A stretch of 64,000 nucleotides of DNA from assembly GCF_032191835.1 (NCBI RefSeq), contig NC_083234.1:26660001-26724000 (forward strand), in the 5' to 3' direction. The notes beneath the pieces were generated by a model. That model was not told where the DNA came from, ran no database searches, and was given only the letters and a program-made list of their open reading frames with translations. Shown here one piece after another: positions 34,775-47,557 of this stretch; the stretch's first letter is position 1, and each line of letters opens with the position of its first letter. A program made the position numbers and the translations under genes. The stretch is from Heteronotia binoei (taxonomy: Eukaryota).

Positions 34775-34849
34775 TACTTTTTTTGTTTAATCTCTTGCAG
34801 GTGAAGAGTGCCTGGGCTGGTTGCTATGACTACAACACCTTTGATCAGA
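34775..34849 (+). repeat. Inverted duplicate of the FOXRED1 intron 10/exon 11 junction (35566-35642)
   Basis: tactttttttgtttaatctcttgcag|gtgaagagtgcctgggctggttgctatgactacaacacctttgatcaga matches the gene's ...tctcttttag|gtgaagagtgcctgggctggttactatgactacaatacctttgatcaga with about 4 substitutions. Confidence 0.93.
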
Positions 34850-35359
34850 CCTGCATGGGAAGCCCCAGAGCAGGGAAAAAGAAGGGTAATTTACAAATGG
34901 GCCCACAGGCACCATGTTGGGGATGCTTGCTGGAACAGCTCTGTGGCCCAGCAGCAATGGATTTGGTTCCCCAATGTTGTCTTGGAAAATGCTGAGAGAT
35001 CAAAGGTGGGATGGGGTGCCTGGGGAGAGCACAGCTTGAGGAGGATGCATTGTTACTTCTCAATGATACTCTAGGCTGCTTCTCATAGTCTCTATGGCCT
35101 TTAACACGGAGACTAGCAGAAATTCTTACAGCATGCCTTCTCCTGCTCAATTCCACAAGGGAAGAAAATTGGATTTGGGGACCTGCAATTCTCCGCCCTA
35201 GGCAAGTAAATGGGAGGCCTATCTTGGCTCCACAACGCCTGGATGTTCCCAACCCAGAAGGTGGAGGTATTTTTGAAGTCACTAATGTGGGTGAAAAGGA
35301 TGGGAGAACAAAAGTTGGGGGACTCACCATCTGAGCCTGTTCCCACTTGTCTGGCCCTG

Positions 35360-35614
35360 CTAGATGATATTCCTCTCTAGAAATTTTTCGCCTCTGATGA
35401 GCCTGTCAAAGGAGAATCTCTTGAGGTCGATGGTCTTGTACTTTCCATCCAGGATGAGCTCAGTGATGCATTTGCCCACAGCCAGGGAATGCTGCAGTCC
35501 GTGCCCACTAAAACCAGAGGCAAAGTAGATGTTCTGCACGAGCGGGTGTGTGCCAATCACAGGGTTCTGATCAAAGGTATTGTAGTCATAGTAACCAGCC
35601 CAGGCACTCTTCAC
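35360..35614 (-). CDS. FOXRED1: FAD-dependent oxidoreductase domain-containing protein 1, exon 11 (last coding exon)
   Basis: [17 protein letters not shown]...[10 protein letters not shown]...ERNII*; acceptor ttttag|GTG. Confidence 0.97.
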   Translation of the reverse strand: MKSAWAGYYDYNTFDQNPVIGTHPLVQNIYFASGFSGHGLQHSLAVGKCITELILDGKYKTIDLKRFSFDRLIRGEKFLERNII

Positions 35615-37079
35615 CTAAAAGAGATTAAACAAAAAAAAGTACAAATAAAGTCCTTGCCAAGGAAAGGTCACAGGCCAAGACTGGCAGAGGCTCTTTGGGG
35701 GAAAACATTAAAGGCTCCAGAAAGGAAGACCAGCTCTCAGATCACATAAGGGGGCTTTACTGACAGGGTTGCCCTCTGGATAGAGAATTCACCACGGCTT
35801 TTTTTTTTAGCAGGAATGCGCAGGAATATAGTTCTGGCTAGCTTGTGACCAGGAGGTGTAGCCTAATATGCAAATAAGTTCCTGCTGGGCTTTTTCTACA
35901 AAAATGCCCTGTATGAAACAATGGTGATGTCAGGGGGTGTGGTCTAATATGCAAGTGAGTTCCTGTTCGGATTTTTCTACCAAAAAGCCGTGAAATTCAC
36001 TATTGTATTGATTCACTAAATCCTGGTTAGCTGTTCCCAGGCTGAGAACATAGTTAAACAATGGGCGTGATAAATAAGAGCCCATGCCAGCTAGAAAGAG
36101 GCAGAAGTAGAAAGGCCTAAGCAGTTTGAGCTTTTCAGCTCGCTTTACAGTTTACTTCTACCCAAAACATGATTTGTGGTACAAGTTTTTAAGGTGCTGC
36201 ATGTTTTAGGCTACTTTTCTGCTCTTGGTCTTGTAATCATTTATTGTTACAGCTTTTATGGTGCCTTGTTCTTGTGTTTTTGCTTTGTAAGCCCCCTCGA
36301 GAAGACAGCATAGAAATTATCTCAATAAATAATACAAGCAAAGGCTGGAGAAGTCATGTAGTTGTATTATGGCTGCTAACAGAGTTCAGTAGTCTAAGTG
36401 TCTATTTATACTGTCGATTAATGTCAAACACAAAATCCCAAATTGCTACCCTTTGTCTTTCCTAGCTCTCTAAACTCAGCACATAAGCACTAAGGGCCAG
36501 TTCGCACATATTTATTCACCAGCTGATTAAACCACTCAGCTAACTTGCAACTGAATGTGTGACTGGGGATGGCTGAAAAGTATCTTAAGGCAAAAGTTCT
36601 ACCCGTATTGTGCATTTAAGCTGACTTGTTCAGGCAAGTTGACCTCTGAATGCTGCAGGCATCAAGTTCCATGTGTGATCCAACCACCTCAATTTCAGAA
36701 GTTACCTAAAAAAAGGCAAAAGCCTCAAAGGATACAGGGAACCTAACACCAAAATTGTCCCTGGCAACTACCCCTCCCACCCAAGTGGGGACAGGAACAG
36801 GTTGACATATTAGTATATTATGGGTTGCTGGCAGCACTTTGTTTGTAGAACAAGCCCAGCAGGAACTCATTTGCCTATTAGGCCACAACCACTGATATCA
36901 CCATTGTTTTACATAGGTTTTTTGTACAAAAAGCTCAGCAGGGACTAATTTGCATATTAGGCCACACCCCCTGACACAAGGCCAGCAGGAACTGTGTTCC
37001 TGTGCATTCCTGCTCAAAAAAAGCCCTGGTTGTTGGTACTGGATGTACTGAGGAGGCCTCCGGTACCTCCTCCTTGCTT

Positions 37080-37365
37080 GAGAGCCAGTTTGGTGTAGTG
37101 GTTAAGTGCACTGACTCTTATCTGAGAGAACTGGGTTTGATTCCCCACTCCTCCACTTGCAGCTGCTGGAATGGCTTTGGGTCAGCCATAGCTATTGCAG
37201 GAGTTGTCCTTGAAAGGGCAGCTGCTGTGAGAGTTTTCTCAGCCCCACCAGCCTCACAGGGTTTTTTTTTTTTTTCCGGGGGGGGGGGGGAGCAAAGGAG
37301 ATTGTGAGCCACTCTGCGATTCAGAGTGAAGGATGGGGTATAATCCAATATCATTATCTTCTTCT
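37080..37365 (+). mobile_element. Sauria-type tRNA SINE; inverted partner at ~37420-37692(-); others at ~42230-42360, ~43790-44028(-), ~44365-44590(+)
   Basis: Head gagagccagtttggtgtagtggttaag...ggtttgattccccactcctccac and a (tct)n tail. Confidence 0.75.
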
Positions 37366-37774
37366 TGTAAAGGCACAGCCCACAAGTCTACAGGTCCCAA
37401 TTACCAAAACCACAATTTGAGAAGAATTGCAGATGTATACCCCGCTCTTCTCCCTGAATCAGACTCAGAGTGGCTTATAATCTCCTATATCTTCTCCCCC
37501 CACAACAGACACCCTGTGAGGTGGGTGGGGCTGAGAGGGCTCTCACAGCAACTGCCCTTTCAAGGAAAACCTCTGCAGAGCTACGGCTAACCTAAGGCCA
37601 TTCCAGCAGGTGCAAGTGGAGCAGTGAGGAATCAAACCCGGTTCTCCCATATAAGAGTCCACACACTTAACCACTACACCAAACTGGCTCTCAACCAAGC
37701 AGCATTATTTGCATAGGAGCTTAGGAAGAAAGTCTCAGGGAAGAAGCTGGGGAGACAACCATTCATTGTTTTAC

Positions 37775-37879
37775 CTTTAGGTATTCAAAAGCAGGCACCC
37801 TGTGGGCCAGCTTGGGCCAGACTTTCTCTTGGAAGAAGTCATGATCTACCTCCAGGTCCTGGGTATCTGGCTCTTCTTC
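37775..37879 (-). CDS. FOXRED1: FOXRED1 exon 10
   Basis: [35 protein letters not shown]; AG/GT boundaries; 105 nt. Confidence 0.96.
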
Positions 37880-38430
37880 CTGAGAAGGGAAGACAGACAT
37901 TGTTTGTTACCCACCCTTCACGCCAGATAGCAATGTGGCCTTCCAAAGGCCGCACCACTTTAAGCATGGCTTGCATCCTGAACTTAAAAAGGCAGGGCAA
38001 CACCTTCCAAAAAGGTGGAGAATGACTTTCAACAACCTGTCTCCATATTGCAGAATGGAGCTCAAGTAGGCTTTGGCAGCGTAAAGGTCAACAAAACAGA
38101 ACTGCTCCAGAATGAGACAAGCAGCATAGTGTAGTGGCTTGAACAATGAGCTTTAGACCGTGGAGACCCAGCTTCAAATCATCTCTCAGCTACATGTATA
38201 AGCAGGAACACTGGGCCAGTTGCCATTTGGTGAAAACAAGGGATGGTCCATCTAAACTAGCCTGAGATCCTTGGAAGACACAATAAAAAAATTCTGGCCC
38301 CACCCTATCCTTACGTGGCTGCTTTCCTACATGTCAGGAGAAAGATGGAGTTTCATCAGAAGGGGCTCTTGGAGGTACTTCCACCACTACTTCCCAGCGG
38401 TTGGCTCCCATAAACCCACAGCACACTCAC

Positions 38431-38560
38431 CTCTGTGGGGCTTATGCTTCCAAGGTAGTTGCCACCTATGCCTTCCCTGCGGCAGTAAGCTCCTGTGGTG
38501 TCGATTAATATTGGAGTCTCTAAGCCAGGCCCATCAGGGCAATTCCAGACATAGACATAC
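38431..38560 (-). CDS. FOXRED1: FOXRED1 exon 9
   Basis: [43 protein letters not shown]; 130 nt. Confidence 0.96.
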
Positions 38561-39347
38561 CTGGGGACAACAGAAAACCCCCCAACAAAAATTCTGGGAA
38601 CATCCTGGGCTCAACTACAACCCAAGAGGGGAGCAACATTAGAAAGAAACAGCACAGAGCCACAGTGCTGGTAAGAACTGTGATCCTTCCATTTCAGTGT
38701 TCATTTCTGCTCTTCCCAACAGATGAAGCTGCCTTAAAAACTCATTCCTCCTCAATGGAAACCCCAAGCTACTGTTCTGTTCTCCTCCCTTTTATCCCCA
38801 CCACAATTCTGTGAAATAAAATGAGAGTAGGTGACTGGCCCAAGGTGACCCAGCAAACTTCTGTGGCTGTGTGGGCGTTCATACCTGGGTCCCCCAGATT
38901 GTTGTTTGCCACAGTAGCCCAGGGATCCTCAACCTTTTTGAGCCTGAGGGCCCCTTTGGAACTCTGACATGGGCACAGGCACAAAATGGCTACCGCAGGA
39001 GGCAGAGCCAGTCACAAAATGGCTGCCACAGCTTACCTTTAGTCATACACCGATCTTCATGCTGTGGCAGCTGCTGCAAAAGCAATTTTTTTTTAAAAAA
39101 TCTGTTCTGCCAGTCAAGTTTCTACTGGCCAATCAAAACCCGTTCTGGGCAAAAGCTCACCTAGCCCCACCCACTTTCTAGAAATCCTTGGTGGGCACAA
39201 GGAAAGGTATTGGCAGGCACCATGGCACACCCCCCCTCCCAGCACCACACTGAGGACCCCTGCTCTAGCCGCTACACCAGTTCTTATCTCCTCAAGGCAG
39301 GTAGGCATTGCAGCTCCCCAATGCAGTACAAGGGCTGTAAATGATAC

Positions 39348-39508
39348 CTTTTTTTAGGTTCCACGGGTAGCTTGATCTCTGCCAATGATCCTGGTGGCCC
39401 AGTCCCAATGCCGGCCAGTTCCGCCACTCTCCCTGACCAGGCTCCAGCTGCATTCACCACTAGGGAACACTCTATTGTGACATTATCTATGCTGTTGGGC
39501 ATTTGAAC
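39348..39508 (-). CDS. FOXRED1: FOXRED1 exon 8
   Basis: VQMPNS...VVNAAGAWSGRVAELAGIG...LPVEPKKR; 161 nt. Confidence 0.96.
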
Positions 39509-39869
39509 CTAGAAGGTATTTATAGGAGGAAGGAGCTGGTGTGGTTTTCAGCAGAGCAACCAATTCACAAATGTGTCACCTAGTCCAAAAACAACAGTTG
39601 GAGGAGCTTGTGCTTTCTCAGAAACCACCCCCCCCTTTGTGGAACAGCCTGTCATTATGATACACAGACACACTTTCTTTAGCAGCTTTTCACACACCTC
39701 ATTTTGCAAGACTTTTAGCAATTCATGGCTACTGTATATTAATCCTGAGAGTGTTATCAGACAATATTGATAAACCACTACTGGGATTCCTGCACAATAT
39801 CTTAGGTGTTCCTCAGTGTGTTTCTGGAATAGCTCTGACAGCCAAAGTTGGGGAGATGTCCTTTGAAGC

Positions 39870-40600
39870 AAAGGCCTGCAGAAGCGTGTTTTAACTGGAA
39901 TTTAGGCTATTAAAATCAAATCCGGAATCAAGCTTTCTTAGATTAGCTATGTTGGACTACCACATAAGTGACTGGAATAGACTACTGGATCACAAATCAT
40001 CATGCCTGGATACTACCCAGGATGCAATGGACACAAATAGTCAAGAACTGAACCAGCTCACTAGGAGATGTCTTAGAGACATCGATTATGAGAGTACGCT
40101 GATCAGGACCTGCAGAGTGGGTTCACTGTTCTCAGTTGGCTTTCTCCCACCAACAAAAATGCCAAATTATCTAATAGGCCTGAATGCTCTACCTTCAGCA
40201 GCGAAGCCAGGAAGATTCAGTAGAATTCCATACTCAGATAGACTCTGCAACTGTGGTAGCAACAAGACTGACTCTGTTGATAGCATATTTTTGATTGCCC
40301 TAAATTCTCAGAGCTGAATTGAGCTCCCCTATTATTTAATCAGAACTCTCTCTTCAGAAGCGAAACCATCCCAGCTACTCAGAGACAAAGATAAACAAAC
40401 CACTCTGCATGCAACAAAATTTCTGGCAGCTGTTGTTAAGTTACAGGATAACTTTTGGGTTCTCCTCCCATGGGATGAGGCTTTGCTGTTTATGAAAAAC
40501 AGTAAGAAGTAAAAGTAAAGTATATTGAGACTATGATTGAAAACCATGTATTTTGCCGCTGACTATATGCCACCATGAATGCAGGAGGGGGGAGGGGAAT
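39870..40600 (+). mobile_element. Degenerate non-LTR retrotransposon 3' fragment (RTE-X-like, tentative)
   Basis: LNALPSAAKPGRFSRIPYSDRLCNCGS resembles the C-terminal Cys-rich region of LINE ORF2; many stops. Confidence 0.5.
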
Positions 40601-41072
40601 AAATTTTCAAATAAATGACATAAATAAAATATTGGGAGTCTTGTTAGAAGTTCTCAAGTTGGTTTTGCAACACCCAGCACTGTCATACAGGCATGCAGCA
40701 TTGCTTCCATCACTTTGAGAGGTCTTCCCCTTCCACGTGGCCACTACCTCAGGAGGTCTGTGGATTTCACTTTGGCCCATCCACTCTGCACCCCACCCTT
40801 CTGCCACCAAAGGAGTTAAAAACCTAAGAACAATCAGAAGAGTGCTGCTGGATCAAACCAGCGGCGCATCCAGTCCAGCATCCTGTCTCACACAGAGGCC
40901 AACCAGCTACCCTAGAGGGCCAACAGCATGACACAGAAGCCAAGACTCCAATGTTGCATCTTGCTCTGGAATTCAGAGCCTGACAGTCATGGAATGTGGA
41001 GGTTCCCCTCAGTCACCATGGCTAGCAGCCACTGATAGATCTATTCTCCAACCTCCCTGAAGGACTACTTAC

Positions 41073-41149
41073 GTTAGTATACATGATCCGGGGGAAATTA
41101 ATGACCTTCCCATCCTCCGTCACCATTTCATTGGAAACACACTGGAAAG
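41073..41149 (-). CDS. FOXRED1: FOXRED1 exon 7
   Basis: SFQCVSNEMVTEDGKVINFPRIMYTN; ccccag|...|gtaagt; 77 nt, phases fit. Confidence 0.9.
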
Positions 41150-41551
41150 CTGGGGGAGGAGACACACACAGAAGCAGCTGCGGTTAGCACAGCAACACGA
41201 AAGGAGAAAGGAGTCTGTATGCATACATCCACAGTGGTATGCAAACAACTGTATCCCCTCCCCAGCTCGTGAAACCTAGAGGGCAAATTCCTTCCTCTGT
41301 TATCTTTCCATTCATAAAAGTCATTCATAAAAGAAAGAGCACAGGTGAGTCTGGGGAGAGTGCTCATGCTTCTGGCTACTCCATCAAAGCAGGTTAGGTT
41401 CCCAGTATAATAGCCCATTTCTCCCCTCTGAATGTGGCACAAATTTTACTTTTGTTTCCATAGGAGAGAATGGAGAATATTTTAACAGTACCGTAAATGT
41501 ATGCGACTGATCACAGCTGAGGAAGGAGGGAGAAAGAAATGGAAGACTCAC

Positions 41552-41653
41552 ACGTCACTTCTCCAAGACTCTGGTAGACACCCATCGATATTGCTTTGCG
41601 CCGCAAGGCATTGAGGAGACTCCAAGGGTCAAACCATCCTTCGTTTTCCAGGC
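41552..41653 (-). CDS. FOXRED1: FOXRED1 exon 6
   Basis: GLENEGWFDPWSLLNALRRKAISMGVYQSLGEVT; 102 nt. Confidence 0.96.
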
Positions 41654-42362
41654 CTAAAGCACAGAAGAGGATGCAAAAAGGAAATGTCCACTTAGACTCA
41701 CAACTGCTTGACACTTAAAGCAGCCTGCAAGTTGACTGTAACTTAAATAACACAATCCAAGAAGCAAAAAAATGTGCGTTGGGCAGCATTCTGGCCTGGT
41801 GATAAATAAAAAAACTCCTTGTAAAGGTACCTCCCCCTTAATGATTCCCCCATTTGTTTTTCCTTCCCAGTCTTCAGTCTAGCTATACACCAGTCATGAA
41901 AAGATGCCTCTGGACTATCCCACTAGCCACCTTACAAGTTCTCCTTTCCTCAAGGAAAACAGATGACTGGTGCAATCCTAAACAGGGTTACACCCTTCTA
42001 AACCTAAGTGCTTAGATTTGCATTAGAAATAATTTGGCTGTGCGGCTTGGTTACAGGCAAGTAAAACCAGGAAGTACATCGGGGGAGGAATGCATCAGAA
42101 ATATTCCAAGCCTTTTCCCTTTAATATTCTACCTTTCATTATTAAAACAATGGTAGCTTTCTATCCCTTTTTCCTACTCAGATGTAAGAAAAACACAATG
42201 GCTACAGTCTTCCCACTCTATAAACCCAAAGTATAGTGGACAGAATGTCGGACTATGATCTGGGAGACTCAGGTTCAAATCCCCAGTCTGTCCCAGAAGC
42301 TTGCTGGGTGACCTTAGGCCAGTCGCATACTCCTAGCCTACACTACGTTACAGGATTATTGT

Positions 42363-42533
42363 CAGGGGTGGAATTCTAGCAGGAGCTCCTTTGCATATTA
42401 GGCCACATACCCCTGATGTAGCGAATCCTCCAAGAGCTTACAAGGCTCTTTTTTGTAAGCGCTTGGAGAATTGGCTACATCAGCGGTATGTGGCCTAATA
42501 TGCAGATGAGCTCCTGCTAGAATTCCACTCCTG
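42363..42533. mobile_element. Palindromic hAT-type MITE
   Basis: caggggtggaattctagcagg...cctgctagaattccactcctg; TSD attattgt/gttattgt. Confidence 0.8.
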
Positions 42534-43462
42534 GTTATTGTGGGGATAAAGCGGAAGAGAGAGGAACAAGGCAAACTACTTTGGGTGTCCACTGGGGAGA
42601 AAAGCAGGCTATGAATGAAGTAAAGAATTAATAATAAATCTCAGCTTCTAGTGCGCTCAAGCCCTTTTGCTCATTGACTAGATGACTGCCAAAGACCCTT
42701 TCAAAAGGGAGGCAACCGCTACATTATAATATTGGCACCACATCATGGGCAGCCCGACCAGCATTTTGATACTGACATCTGAGCACCAACATAATAGCAG
42801 TAATAACGTCAGCAACATGTTGAGTGCCAATATAACAACAGTAGTGATGATAAACAAATACCGGATAACTAGCCTATAGTTCTATAGTTCTGTTATATTG
42901 TTGTTTTATTATATGGTCTTGTTTTTAAACTGAATTGTTGATTTTAAAATGCTGTTAGTTGCCCCGAGCCCGTAAGGGAAGAGCAGGATACAAATCTAAA
43001 AAAATAAATAAAATAAAAATATCAAAGATTTCAGGTTTTCACGGCTGGTAACATTAAGGTTTGTAGAATCTTTCGGGCTCAAGTGCCGTGTTCTACTGGA
43101 GAAAGTTTTTAAAATAAAAATAGCCTTTTAAAAGCTAATCGATACATGAAACAACATTATCCTCATTCAAGGACTTGTTTTACTTTTTTACTGTTTGGTA
43201 CTGAACTCCTCTCCTTCTCAGTGTTGTTACAGGATTTCTCCCACCCCACCCCATTTTGGGATATGGGCCAGAGTAAAACGAAGGCTGGACAAGAGACCCA
43301 CATGCAGACTGGAAGCTGGGGATGCAAAGGTGTGGGGGTCTCCCCACTCCTCTTGCACACACTAAGGACACAGAGATGCTGCCAAAAATGCTTCTTCTGG
43401 AGGCAGCAGCATCCGCATCAACATCCTGTTTCACAACAGACGGAGAATGAACAGTCCAATAC

Positions 43463-43557
43463 CATAGGAAGCCAAAGCTACGCCATCTGTATTCAACCAC
43501 GGAAATTTCTTTTTCAGTTGGGCCGGTGATAAGAGGGACACCTCAGCTCCTTCTGTC
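43463..43557 (-). CDS. FOXRED1: FOXRED1 exon 5
   Basis: [32 protein letters not shown]; 95 nt. Confidence 0.96.
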
Positions 43558-45088
43558 CTGAAAAGCCGGTAGAGAACTCTCATCAGAATGCGCTTGTTTG
43601 AGAGGAGGACCTCAAAAAGCTGCCTTCAGGAAATGCAACACAGCTTGGAAGTGTGCCTTGGGTGGGGAGAGAAGGGGGCAATCTGTGTCAAAAATAAGGG
43701 ATGGTAAGGAAACTTTAGGAGGCAAGCCTGATCTCATTAAATTTCAGGAGTTAAACAGGGTTGGCCTTTGGATGGAAGACCATCAAGGAGAAGAAGAGAT
43801 TGTATTTATACCCCCCCTTCACTTGGCGTCTCACGGCAGCTTACAATCTCCTTTTCCTTCCCCTCCCCACAACAGACACCCTGTGAAGTAGGTAGGGCTG
43901 AGAGAACACCTCTGAGAGAACTTGTGACTGACCCAAGATCACACCAGCAGCTGCATGTGGAGGAGTGAGGAATCAAACCTGGTTCTCCCAGATTAGAGTC
44001 TATTCTCTTAACCACTACACCAAACTGACTTCCATGGAAGACCTCTGTGTGCCTCAGAGGAGGGGAAACAGAAGGGGGCAATCTGTGTCAAAAATAAGAG
44101 ATGGTAAGGATACTTTAGGAGGGAAAGTGGCACAGGATAGCCTGATCTCATCAGATGTCAGAAATTAAACAGCGTTGGTCCTTGGATGGGAGACCATCAA
44201 GGAAGACCACTGCAGAGGAAGGCAATGGCGAACCAAGGCAGCTTCTCACCTGCCTTGAAAGCCCCTTGCTGGGGATGCCACAAGGTGGTTGTGATCTGAC
44301 AGCACTTATGTACATAATGATACTTTTCAGATCTGAATTTTCAAACTACCTCTGTGTGGAATTAAACAAAGCCAGTGTGGTGTTAAGAGTGTCGGACTGG
44401 TATCTAAGAGACCCAGCTTGGAATGTCTACTTGTGCTATGGAAGCTCACTGGATGAGCTTGGCCCAGTCACGCTCTCTAAGCCTAACCTACCCCACAGGG
44501 CTGTTGTGAGGATGAAATGGAGGAGAGGAGATTGAAGTACACCCCTTGGAATCTCCACTGGAGAGAAAGGCAGGGAACAAATGAATTAAATAAACAGACA
44601 TAATCATCAGGAGTGGGAGAAGAGTGATAATTCAGCGCCGCCCCCCCCCCCAACAATAAAGTTGGGAGAGATATAATTTTGTCTAACCCACCTGCTAAAA
44701 GCCCAGTTACCTAAAACTCATAAAAAGGAGCAACAGGAGAGTGCAAAGATGGACAATCATTTATGTGTTTTTTTTAGAACCATCAAGCCTACAGGGAAAT
44801 GAGTCTTCATTTGTACCATTCTTTAAATTCATCATCAAGGGTGGATTTTGTGAATTAAACTGCATGCCTGATTGAGAGGGGGAGAGCTCTTTCCCAAAGG
44901 GGTCAAGTCGCCATTTCACAAGGCAGCCTTTCTGTAGCCCCTCGATGTCTAGTCTAACCCTCATTATACTAACCAACATTCTCCGAGGTTTTGCCAGCGA
45001 AGAACAGACCTAAGACTCGGATGAAAAAGCATGCCCTGTGTTTTCCTAAACAATCACTGACAAATATAACGTAGGCAACAGCCTACAG

Positions 45089-45371
45089 CAGGGGTGGCCA
45101 AACTTGCTTAATGTAAGAGCCACAGAGAATAAATCAGATGTTTGAGAGCCGCAAGACAGGAAGGAAAATAGATGGAGGGAGAGGTGGAAAGAAAGCAATT
45201 TTAACTTTAACTGCATTCTCCAAGCCACCATCTAGCTTGGCTTGGAGATGTGATTTAAAGAGACAAATGCCTTTTCCAAGCTTGCTGACAGGGTGATGGA
45301 GGCTTCAAGAGCCACACAATATGTATGAAAAAGCCACATGTGGCTCCTGAGCCACAGTTTGGCCACCCCTG
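45089..45371. mobile_element. hAT-type MITE (reference copy of the family split by the foldback element); another at ~51339-51605
   Basis: TIR caggggtggccaaac; flanking duplication cctacag(c). Confidence 0.8.
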
Positions 45372-45764
45372 CCTACAGCAAAGGGCAGCAGCCACGGCTC
45401 AGTAGTGGACCATCTGCTTCAGATGCCAAAGATCTCCGGTTCAGTCCCCTGTATCTCCCATTAAAAGGGTCAGGTAGGTGGTGATGTGAAAGGCCTCAGC
45501 CTGAGATCCTGGAGAGTTGCTGCCAAACGATACCAGCGGTGTGAGGTTAAGGAGTTTAATGTGTGTTCACCTGAAGAGAATTCGAAGTCAGGAAGTAATC
45601 TGGATACTGGAGGTAGGAAGCTGGTTGCAGCTGAGATCAATTAGACTTGCCTTTGCCGAGTACCTCTTTGATCAACACATCTGTGCAGCTGTTGTCCTCC
45701 TTCCATCCCTTCTTCTTTCCGCCCCCCCTTTCCCTTTCACTACAGCCTCCTTCACGGTCCATAC

Positions 45765-45883
45765 CTTTGAATTTTTACATTCTCTTCCAACATAGCAGCT
45801 CCTTCCTCTGGGGCCAAGAAGAGATAACCCGAGGGATTAAACTGGACATCAACAGGCGGCTCGTTGAAAACACCAAGGTACTC
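45765..45883 (-). CDS. FOXRED1: FOXRED1 exon 4
   Basis: [40 protein letters not shown]; 119 nt. Confidence 0.96.
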
Positions 45884-47446
45884 CTGGAAATAAAAAGTGA
45901 CTCTGTCAATACTTCATAGACTGCTGTCTTTAGGAAGGGAGGGGACCCGATGGGTATTAACTTTGCACTTGTATAGCGCTAAGCACTAAGCATCTTGCAA
46001 AGACCCTCACAATAGCTCTGCAAGGTAGGCGAGCATTGGTGGTAGAAAGTGTAGTCAAGTCACAGCTGACTTCTGGTGACCCCGCAGGGTTTTCAAGGCC
46101 AGAGATGTTCTGAAGGTGGTTTATCATCACCTGCCACGCACAGCCACCCTTGGTGGTCTCCCATACGAGTACTAACCAGGGCCGACTGCTTAGTTCCCAC
46201 GATCAGGCTAGTATTCAGGTTAGGGCAGGCCAGTGTTACTACTACCCCTGTGTTACAGAGCAAAGGGTCATGGGTGAGAAAACAGCTGAATGAGTTTGTG
46301 GTGGACACAAGCAGTATTCCCTCTAAGCTGAGTTAGTGTGAGGTAGCTCACAGTTTTTTAGCTTCTAGCTCACGCATTTTTGCCTTAGCTTAGGAAGGAT
46401 GGCCCCTCAGCAAACTAATTTAGGCAGTAGCTCAGAACTTTATTGCCAGTAGCTCACAAAGCAGAATTTTCACTCACAAGAGTCCACAGCTTAGAGAGAG
46501 TATTGGACACAAGATGTGAACTGGCTCTCATTTCATACTCTTAGCCCATTGGAGGGCTGTGGCTTAACAGTAAAGCATCCACCTGGCATGCAGAAAGTCC
46601 CAGGTTCAATCCCCGGCACCTCCAGTTAAAGGATCTGGCCCACAGGTGATGTGAAAGACCTCTACCCGAGAACCTGGTCAGCCACTGCCACTCTGAGCAG
46701 ACAGTACTAACTAACCAAGGATCCAATTCAGTATAGGGCAGCTTCATGTGTTTATACACCAGAGACACCCTTTTAAAGTATGCAGGCACTGCTAGAACTT
46801 CAGAATGGAAGAGAGATGCAGTCCACACGTGTCTTTACACAAGAGAAGGGATATGAATCTAGAGAACTTCAGAATCACTTAAAAAGTGTAATGCTAGCTT
46901 TCCTCCATCATTTTTGAAGATAATATTCCACTGAAGAAATACAGCCATGGCTTTGATCAGGACAGTTTGCCTTTGTGATCTGCACATGTTTGTTTATTTT
47001 TTAAAGTCCTGCAACATTCTTAGTGGGGTTAGGAGCAAGACAGAAGTCAACTCCATCGTTTCCAGGGTAAGCGGATGGTGCGTCATCCACTGGGAGGCCC
47101 ATCCACAGAGCTGGTACCCCTACGTGGCTGCTACAACAATGGATTGCTTAATTAAGATAGCAGCAAACTGCAAACCTGCTCCTGATACCCAACCACAGGG
47201 TCTGACACACCCAGAGAAAGGCAAATTTCTGCTAACCAGACAGATGTAGTAGTATACAGGTTAGACATTTGTTCAGAAACACTTCCACAGCACTCTAGAC
47301 ATCAGAAAGCCAGCTACAAGCTGTCTACCCAGGAAAGGTGTCTTCTTCCCCTTCCTCCACATGTTCTGTTCTAGGGGATGGGGCAAGTAAGGATAAGAGT
47401 TCAGAGAAAAGCCAGGCACAAAGGCAAGCAAAAGTCACGGACATAC

Positions 47447-47557
47447 ATTGACTGAGCGCAAGAAGTTGGCTGAGAACTGGGACATCTTGATATTTTCAGG
47501 AGTTGAAAACTGCTGCCGTATCCCTCCCACAGACAGCACGGTAGATGCTTTGGTGTA
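47447..47557 (-). CDS. FOXRED1: FOXRED1 exon 3
   Basis: [37 protein letters not shown]; 111 nt. Confidence 0.96.

Noticed and set aside
34603-35074. Plus-strand ORFs containing [16 protein letters not shown], suggesting a second FOXRED1-like gene
   Set aside because: Homology spans only ~49 coding nt. It is the inverted duplicate reported as a finding, not a gene.
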